Assembly: GCF_050299635.1 (NCBI RefSeq)
Contig: NZ_JBNKWF010000001.1
Span: 9,485-73,484 of the forward strand
Source of the DNA: Altererythrobacter sp.
GTDB lineage: Bacteria > Pseudomonadota > Alphaproteobacteria > Sphingomonadales > Sphingomonadaceae
Length of the DNA: 64,000 bases
Reading direction: 5' to 3'
This document shows, piece by piece, positions 58,014 through 64,000 of the stretch. Within the stretch, counting starts at the first letter, position 1. The number at the start of each line of letters is the position of its first letter. The notes under the pieces are model-generated. The model was given only the letters and a program-made list of their open reading frames with translations. It ran no database searches and was not told the origin of the DNA. Made by a program: the position numbers and the translations under genes.

Positions 58014-59219
58014 CTAATAGCCGTAATCCCCGAAATCATCGAAGCCGTCGAAGCTTTCGGCGTCAAAATCGAAACCCAGATCCATGGTCCCAAAATCCTC
58101 ACCGAAATCGTCCATCGCATAGTCTTCAAACGACTCGATTTCGGCCTCCGAACCCATATCGAACGGCACTTCCTCGAAATTGTGCTCGACCATGTCCTGA
58201 ATATCGAGCCCGTCCTGGGTCTGTACATCGTCCCAGCCAAGATCGAGCTCGTCGGTCATGGCGACCAGATCACCGTCATTGATGTCGAATTCCTGATCGA
58301 TCAGGTAGTCGTCTGCTGCGATCAGATCGGCATCGGAGATATCCAGAGTGCCCATATCGAGCTCGAGCGCGACGTAGTCGATATCGATCGCCACATCGAC
58401 ATATCCCCAATCATAGGGCACCGCATCAATCCAGCCATCCCAGATGATGATGTTGATGTCGATCCAGCCTGGGCACCATGCTCCCCACGGCCCCCACCAC
58501 CAGTGCCAGCCCCACATCCAGCTCGACATGATCCGCGAAGCGATGAAGCCATCGACAAAGCCCGATGACGTATAGCCCGCCCGGCGGATCTTCTCTGCTT
58601 CCCGGCGAATCTTCTTGATGCCTTCCTGCATCTTCTTGTTGTTCTTCGCCGCGTTGCGCTCGACCTGGTCGAGCTTCGCCATTATCTCCTTTTGCTGCTT
58701 CTTGAGCTCGTCGAGCTGGCGGCGTTCCTCCTTGGTCAGCTCGCCGCCTTTTCTGAGGCGAGCGGCCTCCTTGCTGTAATTCTGGTCGAGAGTAGTCACG
58801 AGACCGGTCAGCGTCTGCATCGCCTTGGTCAGCGCGGCATTGTTTGCACCGCTCATGGTGATCGCCACATCGGCCTGGATCACCTGGCCATGCGCCGAGG
58901 CCAATCCGGTGAAGAAGGTATCGTCCTTCAGCGTCATGCCCGTCTGCGCCTTGTCGAGCGCTTCGTTCAGCTCCTTCATCGCCTTCCAGAATGGCTTGGC
59001 TTCAGATTTGGAACTGTCGAGTTGCGGCGCGGCGCGCGCGGCTCTTACAACCGCACCAACAGCGCGCTGGGCCCTGGTGATGAGCTCAGCAGCGTCCATC
59101 TGGCCGGGCTGGCTCGTAGCCACAGCAGCCATTTGCTGGGGCTGGCTTTGCGCCGAGCAGGCTACCGGAACCAAGCCAATACAGCTTGCCAGCAGGACGG
59201 CTTTGAATGTGTGTTTCAT
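58014..59219 (-). CDS. Exported hypothetical protein: helical/coiled-coil N-half, Trp-cluster segment, extremely acidic C-terminal third
   Basis: Signal peptide and a Lys/Glu-rich coiled region. A WMWGWHWWWGPWGAWCPGW segment is followed by about 150 aa dominated by Asp/Glu/Phe/Gly and ending FDDFGDYGY. Confidence 0.6.
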   Translation of the reverse strand: MKHTFKAVLLASCIGLVPVACSAQSQPQQMAAVATSQPGQMDAAELITRAQRAVGAVVRAARAAPQLDSSKSEAKPFWKAMKELNEALDKAQTGMTLKDDTFFTGLASAHGQVIQADVAITMSGANNAALTKAMQTLTGLVTTLDQNYSKEAARLRKGGELTKEERRQLDELKKQQKEIMAKLDQVERNAAKNNKKMQEGIKKIRREAEKIRRAGYTSSGFVDGFIASRIMSSWMWGWHWWWGPWGAWCPGWIDINIIIWDGWIDAVPYDWGYVDVAIDIDYVALELDMGTLDISDADLIAADDYLIDQEFDINDGDLVAMTDELDLGWDDVQTQDGLDIQDMVEHNFEEVPFDMGSEAEIESFEDYAMDDFGEDFGTMDLGFDFDAESFDGFDDFGDYGY

Positions 59220-59312
59220 GTCGACTTGCTCCCCGGAAGAACGCGATGAATTTCAAGGGCGCAACACCGGTCACGCCATGCATAAAGGCTCCGCATTTTG
59301 GGTGTGGGCTTC

Positions 59313-59334
59313 AACCCGTCCCAAGGGGCAAGTC
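59313..59334. promoter_or_regulatory. Palindrome family site D: AACCCGT-CCCAAGGG-GCAAGTC
   Basis: About 104 nt upstream of the acidic-protein ATG. Its left 19 nt (with the 5' C) are identical to site C. Confidence 0.35.
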
Positions 59335-59362
59335 CGTGCCGGCAACTACTCCCGGCACGGAC
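59332..59362 (-). terminator. Hairpin after the amidohydrolase gene
   Basis: GTCCGTGCCGG-N9-CCGGCACGGAC, a perfect 11-bp stem 28 nt downstream of the stop. There is no clear U tract. Confidence 0.5.
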
Positions 59363-59389
59363 CCTCGCTGACGGTAGATCGGGAGTGGA

Positions 59390-61177
59390 TCAGATCCCGT
59401 CGCGATGACGAACCTTGCCATCCATGATCGTGAAGAGGATCTTCACTTGATCGATCTTGTGCGGGTCGACCTCGAACAGATTTTGATCGAGCACGACCAT
59501 GTCGGCCATCTTGCCGACCTCCAGAGAACCGATCTTGTCGTCCAAACCTCTGCCCTTCGCCGCGCCCAGGGTTTGCGCGTAGATCGCCATGTCGAGAGGA
59601 ACACGTGCCTCCTCGCCCCCAAGCGGCGGAACATTGTCGCGACCCGGCAGTTGACGGGTCACAGCGGTGCGGATGGAAAGTAGGGGCTTGTATTCAGAAA
59701 GATATCCCGACGCCGGCCAGTCTGAGCCGAGGGATATGTTTCCGCCGGCCTCCCTGATTTTCTTCATCGGGAACATGGCCTGGACGCGGGCAGCGCCAAA
59801 GCGCTCGGTGGTAATGCTCTGGAGGAGTGGATCAAAACTCATCCAGAAACCGGTCGTGTCATAGGTCACCCCGACCTTGGCGAGGCGGGGAATATCCTGC
59901 GGGCTGACCAGGACGGCATGCGAGACGGCGAAATGGCTTTCCGTCGCGGGATTGGCCTTCCTTGCCGCCTCGGTTGCGTCAATCAACTTGCGTACGGCGA
60001 GATCGCCAAAGCAATGACAGGTGACATTCAGCCCCTTGGCGGCGGCTTCGGCTACAACCTTGTTGAGGATGTCATAGGGAATGATCGGATCGGGCTTGGC
60101 ATCCGGCTTGTCGGCATAGGGCTCGGTCAGGAGCGCACTCCACTTTTCGTCGCCGCCGTCGAGATTGATCTTGAGGGTGTCAACTTCAACCAGTTCGGAT
60201 TTGTACTTTTCCTTCAGCTTGAGGAGCGGCGCTATCGGATCGATCTTGGGATCGTTCCAGTAATAGGATCCCTGCAGGCGGATCGGAAGCCCGCCCTCCT
60301 TTTCGCGGTTCAGAACCCATTCGAAGGCTTCTTCGTTGGTCACGCCCTGGACGCCGTAATCGAATACCGTGGTGATCCCTGCGGCAGAGAATTTGGGCAG
60401 CCAATCCTTGACGCCTTCCAGGACGGTGTCGGCGTTGAACGTCCTCAGCTTGGTCAGCACCTGCAATTGTGCGGGCACTTCGATGATGAAACCGGTTGGA
60501 TTTCCATCCGCATCCTTATCGAAGAACGAATAGCCGGGAACAGTCTCGGGCGTATCCTTGTCGACCCCGGCAATCTCCAGTGCCTTGGAATTTACAAAGG
60601 CGCTATGGCCGTCGACCGTCCAGAGATAGATTGGACGTTCGGATTCGACCTCGTCGAACATGGCCTTTGTCGGCAAACCATCCGAGAAGGTGCTGAGGCG
60701 CACGCCGTAGCCCTCAATAACCTCGAGATCGGGATTGTCCTTCACATACTGGCGAAGCTTTTCGAACACCTCGTCCTTGTCGTCGGTTTGCAGGTCCACA
60801 CCTTGGGCTACGATGCCCCCGGCAATCATATGAAAATGCCCTTCGACAAAGCCGGGGACCACCATCTTGCCTTCGAGGTCAACGACATTGGTCGCAATGC
60901 CGATCTGGTCCTTGAGGCCTTGGGCATCGCCGACATAAGTGATCTTGTTGTCCTCGACCACGATCGCCGAAGCCCAGGGCTGCTTCGGATTCATCGTATA
61001 GATCTTGCCGTTGATCAGTGCCCAGTCCGAGCGCGGATTGGCGCGGTTGGAGATGCCCTTATCAAACGACAGTGCGTTTCCATTCGGCGTGGTAGGCGCG
61101 GTAGTCTGCGCGAGCACCATCTGTGAGGCAGCGGCGATCGAAACCGCCGCGAATGGTGCCAGGAACTTGCTGTACAT
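59390..61177 (-). CDS. Exported amidohydrolase-family (Amidohydro_3-like) metal-dependent hydrolase
   Basis: Signal peptide and the HxH metal motif (GFVEGHFHMIAGG). 595 aa TIM-barrel-type hydrolase pattern (HCFGD, SDWP). Confidence 0.8.
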   Translation of the reverse strand: MYSKFLAPFAAVSIAAASQMVLAQTTAPTTPNGNALSFDKGISNRANPRSDWALINGKIYTMNPKQPWASAIVVEDNKITYVGDAQGLKDQIGIATNVVDLEGKMVVPGFVEGHFHMIAGGIVAQGVDLQTDDKDEVFEKLRQYVKDNPDLEVIEGYGVRLSTFSDGLPTKAMFDEVESERPIYLWTVDGHSAFVNSKALEIAGVDKDTPETVPGYSFFDKDADGNPTGFIIEVPAQLQVLTKLRTFNADTVLEGVKDWLPKFSAAGITTVFDYGVQGVTNEEAFEWVLNREKEGGLPIRLQGSYYWNDPKIDPIAPLLKLKEKYKSELVEVDTLKINLDGGDEKWSALLTEPYADKPDAKPDPIIPYDILNKVVAEAAAKGLNVTCHCFGDLAVRKLIDATEAARKANPATESHFAVSHAVLVSPQDIPRLAKVGVTYDTTGFWMSFDPLLQSITTERFGAARVQAMFPMKKIREAGGNISLGSDWPASGYLSEYKPLLSIRTAVTRQLPGRDNVPPLGGEEARVPLDMAIYAQTLGAAKGRGLDDKIGSLEVGKMADMVVLDQNLFEVDPHKIDQVKILFTIMDGKVRHRDGI

Positions 61178-61260
61178 GTGAACTCCCTCGATCAGGATAC
61201 CGGGCCGATTGATCCGGCAAATGCTGAGGAGCTAGGCTCCCACCCGGAGTAGGCACGGAC

Positions 61261-61282
61261 AACCTGCCCATGCGGGCATGTT
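61261..61282. promoter_or_regulatory. Palindrome family site E: AACCTGCCC-ATGC-GGGCATGTT (8 of 9 arm positions complementary)
   Basis: About 94 nt upstream of the amidohydrolase ATG (61177). Confidence 0.45.
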
Positions 61283-61395
61283 CCGGGCCGTCAACAGATG
61301 GCCATGCGAGGGCATCCGAGCCTGCATAAGCAGTCGAAGTTCCCGATAGGGTATCCCATCACCAGGGCTCGGCGAGGTTCACGGATTGTCTGACT

Positions 61396-62385
61396 TCAGG
61401 ATGCAGCACTCGGCTCAGACAGGTCGCGTTGCTTCCGGAACTCGCTCGCCGTTCGCCCTGTCATCTTCTTGAAGAATCGCGCGAAATAGGCGGGGTCGGA
61501 GAAACCGAGCCGCGCCGCGATTTCCTTCACGCTCGCTCCGGAAAAGCTGAGATAGCGCATGGCTTCAAGCAACAGTCGCTCGTGAATGACTGCGCCTGGC
61601 GGCTTGGCCAGGATGGAATGGCAGGCACGGTTAAGGGTCTGTTCCGTGGTTGCAAGCTGCCTGGCGTAATCCGCAACTGTCCAGCCATGAGCGAAGTGAT
61701 CGTCCACCAACACGCGAAAGCGGTCCACCACTTGCCGCCGCCGGTTTGCGGCAACTCCTTTCGAGCTTTCTCCAAGAAGATCGTCCGCGCAGGCCAGCAA
61801 TAAGGAGAGTTGTGCCGCCCTGACATCGGTCATCCGGGCGGCATGTCCATCGGCCTGCCCAGCCCCCAGATCCGCCAGCAGCCAGACAAGCCGGGCAAGT
61901 TCGGGCGAACCGGGCTGCAGTCCGGACTGAGACACGCGGCGCCTGCGAAAGAGCGAAAGCTGTCGTGCCGCTGCAAGCCGGGGATCGTGCAACATATCTT
62001 CTGCGATCGACACCACCCATCCCTCCGATCCCGGATCGAAGGCGAAAGCATGGACGCACAGGCTGGGCACGGCCACCAGAGTGAGCTGCGAGAGCGGCTC
62101 TTCGTCGCCATCGGCAGCAATGCGTCCGGATCCCCGCTCCAGCAGAAGCAATTGGTGAATATGCGGATGGCTATGGGGAGAGATGTTCCAATCGTGCAAG
62201 CGAGATCGAGCAGAAACAGTCTCGATATGAAGGAATTCAGGTGCGCCTTCCGCCCATTCCTCTCCATAAAGGCTGAACTTTCGCCACTCTTCACCGGTTC
62301 GATCCATCGACAATGGATGCACCAGTTTGATAGAAATGTCCAAGTCTATGCAGGGATCGTGCATCGCCTGATATGCGCCCGGCAT
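61396..62385 (-). CDS. AraC-family transcriptional regulator with cupin-like N-domain
   Basis: C-terminal AraC HTH (SVKEIAARLGFSDPAYFARFFKKMTGRTASEFR) and an N-terminal His-rich cupin motif (HSHPHIHQLLLLERG). The start may be internal (M at 62307). Confidence 0.85.
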   Translation of the reverse strand: MPGAYQAMHDPCIDLDISIKLVHPLSMDRTGEEWRKFSLYGEEWAEGAPEFLHIETVSARSRLHDWNISPHSHPHIHQLLLLERGSGRIAADGDEEPLSQLTLVAVPSLCVHAFAFDPGSEGWVVSIAEDMLHDPRLAAARQLSLFRRRRVSQSGLQPGSPELARLVWLLADLGAGQADGHAARMTDVRAAQLSLLLACADDLLGESSKGVAANRRRQVVDRFRVLVDDHFAHGWTVADYARQLATTEQTLNRACHSILAKPPGAVIHERLLLEAMRYLSFSGASVKEIAARLGFSDPAYFARFFKKMTGRTASEFRKQRDLSEPSAAS

Positions 62386-62417
62386 GGCAATGTCTCTTCA
62401 ACAGTTGGAGGGAGAGA

Positions 62418-63608
62418 ATGGCTACCGATTCGATACTGGCGGAGGATTTCCGCTTTGACCCCTATTCGCCGCAGAATGACGCAGATCCGTATCCCGCTTA
62501 CGAGCGACTGCGCGAGGAATTCCCACTTTTCTGGTGCGAGGAAGCGGGCATGTGGGTGCTCAGCCGCTACGACGACATCCTGCGCGCGTTGCAGGATTGG
62601 CGGACCTATTCCTCGGCCAAAGGCAATCTGGTCGATGAATTGCCGGGCCGCGCCGGTGCGACGCTAGGCTCAACCGATCCGCCCCGGCATGACCGCCTGC
62701 GCGGACTGATCCAGAAGGCCATGCTCAAGAGCGCATTGCAGGAAACGGTTGAGCCATTGAGGCTGGCTGCAAGGGGCCACCTCGAAGCGCTCAGGGAGAA
62801 GGACCAATTCGACTATGTCGCCGAGTTTTCCTCTCGCGTGACGCTGGACCTCATCTTTGCCCTGTTCCGTCTGCCCCAGGAAGGGCGCGAGGAAGTGCGC
62901 ACCAAGGCTGTCTTGATGACACAGACCGACCCGGTTCTGCGCAGCAAGAACGACGATCAGCTGGAAGCCTATCGCTGGATGTCCGACTATGCCGAAGCGC
63001 TGGTCCAGGAACGCAAGAAAGCGCCGGGCGATGATCTGTTGTCGAACTTCATCACCGCCGAAATCGATGGTGAAAAACTGCGCGACGAGGAAGTCCGCTT
63101 GACCGTGACCACGCTTATCATGGCGGGGATCGAGAGCCTCTCCGGCTTCCTCTCCATGCTCGGGCTCAATCTGGCGCAATTCCCGGACGCAAGGCGTGCG
63201 CTGGCGGCAGATCCCGCGCTGATCCCCGATGCGATCGAGGAAAGCCTGCGCTTCAACACCTCCGCCCAGCGTTTCCGTCGCTGCATCGCGCAGGAAACGG
63301 AGTTACATGGCAAGGTGATGAAGCCGGGCGATTTCGTGATGCTGTGCTACGGCTCAGCCAACCGCGATGCTCGCAAATTCGAGAATCCGGACGTTTACGA
63401 CATTACCCGCAAGCCCAAGGGGCATCTCGGTTTCGGTGGAGGCGTTCATGCCTGCCTCGGTTCCGCATTGGCGCGGCTCGCATGCCAGGTATCGGCCGAG
63501 GAGTTGCTCGCTACGATCCCCGATTTCTCCGTGGCAGAGGAAGACTTCCCCTGGATCCCCTCATCCAATTTCCGCAGCCCGCAGAGATTGGTTCTGGCAA
63601 GGGGCTGA
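62418..63608 (+). CDS. Cytochrome P450
   Basis: Haem-thiolate loop FGGGVHACLG, ExxR (EESLRF) and an I-helix-like MAGIESLS. The start is placed at MATDS; the ORF track starts at 62373. Confidence 0.9.
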   Translation: MATDSILAEDFRFDPYSPQNDADPYPAYERLREEFPLFWCEEAGMWVLSRYDDILRALQDWRTYSSAKGNLVDELPGRAGATLGSTDPPRHDRLRGLIQKAMLKSALQETVEPLRLAARGHLEALREKDQFDYVAEFSSRVTLDLIFALFRLPQEGREEVRTKAVLMTQTDPVLRSKNDDQLEAYRWMSDYAEALVQERKKAPGDDLLSNFITAEIDGEKLRDEEVRLTVTTLIMAGIESLSGFLSMLGLNLAQFPDARRALAADPALIPDAIEESLRFNTSAQRFRRCIAQETELHGKVMKPGDFVMLCYGSANRDARKFENPDVYDITRKPKGHLGFGGGVHACLGSALARLACQVSAEELLATIPDFSVAEEDFPWIPSSNFRSPQRLVLARG

Positions 63609-63674
63609 GACAGGGGACCGGACCGGCACCATAACCATCACCGCATTGGATCGCGGGGCATGGGCAGGACCGAA

Positions 63675-63709
63675 CTCGGCAGGGCGGCTGAACGCCAAGC
63701 CCTGCCGAG
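63675..63709. terminator. Bidirectional hairpin between the P450 and the convergent glycosidase gene
   Basis: CTCGGCAGGGC-N13-GCCCTGCCGAG, a perfect 11-bp stem. Confidence 0.6.
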
Positions 63710-63739
63710 AGCGTGGTTCGGAGAATTAGTGGTCCCGCC

Positions 63740-64000
63740 TCAAGCCAGCCGAAGCAGGCGCGATCCGTGCGGAGGAACCGTGCGATCGATACGGCCCGTG
63801 GCGGTTCCGTCAGCCTGGCGGGCCCACAGATCCCTTACTGTGACCGATCCATGGATACCCAGCAGATCCAGATCAATGCCGACCGTGCGTTCGCTTTCGC
63901 CAGTATTGAACAGCGCCAGATAGCGATCGCCATTCGCGGCACGGGCCGACCAGATACGCGTTAGGTCTTCAAGGAAGTGAGGCCGGTTTCCGGATGAAGC
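63740..64000 (-). CDS. Partial CDS (3' end): glycoside hydrolase C-terminal domain, alpha-galactosidase (GH27)-like
   Basis: Hand translation of the minus strand is open to the window edge: ...IWSARAANGDRYLALFNTGESERTVGIDLDLLGIHGSVTVRDLWARQADGTATGRIDRTVPPHGSRLLRLA*. This pattern (ALFN ... VRDLW ... PPHG ... LLRL) is typical of GH27-type C-terminal beta-sandwich domains. Confidence 0.45.
   Translation of the reverse strand, partial: ASSGNRPHFLEDLTRIWSARAANGDRYLALFNTGESERTVGIDLDLLGIHGSVTVRDLWARQADGTATGRIDRTVPPHGSRLLRLA

Overview
This is a high-GC alphaproteobacterial chromosomal segment. It probably comes from Sphingomonadales/Erythrobacteraceae, an inference from two EL222-like LOV-HTH proteins and the overall gene content. 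I recognised no rRNA, tRNA, IS/transposase, integrase, prophage or CRISPR array. Gene order: (1) 0.03-11.4 kb is a microaerobic respiration module with a PilZ protein, hemN, a small Cys-rich ORF, ccoS-I-H-G, ccoP-Q-O-N, a FixK-type regulator and ompW. Two perfect FNR/FixK boxes (TTGAT-N4-ATCAA) and one half box lie in it. (2) 11.6-31.9 kb is a PQQ-dependent alcohol oxidation island. It holds an aldehyde dehydrogenase with DUF779, a FIST sensor, a hybrid histidine kinase, a LuxR-type response regulator and a PQQ alcohol dehydrogenase carrying the lanthanide-type D-x-D signature. It also holds a MoxJ-like binding protein, cytochrome c550, a YVTN beta-propeller, a porin, a TonB-dependent receptor, cytochrome b561, the quinoprotein-relay genes (MBL hydrolase, SoxYZ-like carrier, rhodanese-like protein), EthD, a lipoprotein cytochrome c and acs. 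(3) 31.9-39.4 kb holds a PRTase and a hexuronate cluster (mannitol-DH-family reductase, uxaC, kdgK, a kduD remnant, a LacI regulator, an MFS transporter). (4) 39.5-49.8 kb holds an EEP-family lipoprotein, a degenerate LOV-HTH (Cys->Trp), an Omp85-like barrel, a MarC-family protein and tamA-tamB. (5) 50-58 kb is an island dense in outer-membrane proteins around a canonical LOV-HTH. (6) 58-64 kb holds a Trp-rich, extremely acidic exported protein, an amidohydrolase, an AraC/P450 pair and a partial glycosidase. The most interesting unexplained signal is a family of 22-bp lux-box-like palindromes (consensus AACCTGYCC-N4-GGRCAGGTT) in six promoter-type intergenic regions between 41 and 61 kb, around the two LOV-LuxR-type HTH genes. 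This suggests an undescribed light-responsive envelope regulon. All functional calls rest on motifs read from the supplied translations; no database search was run.
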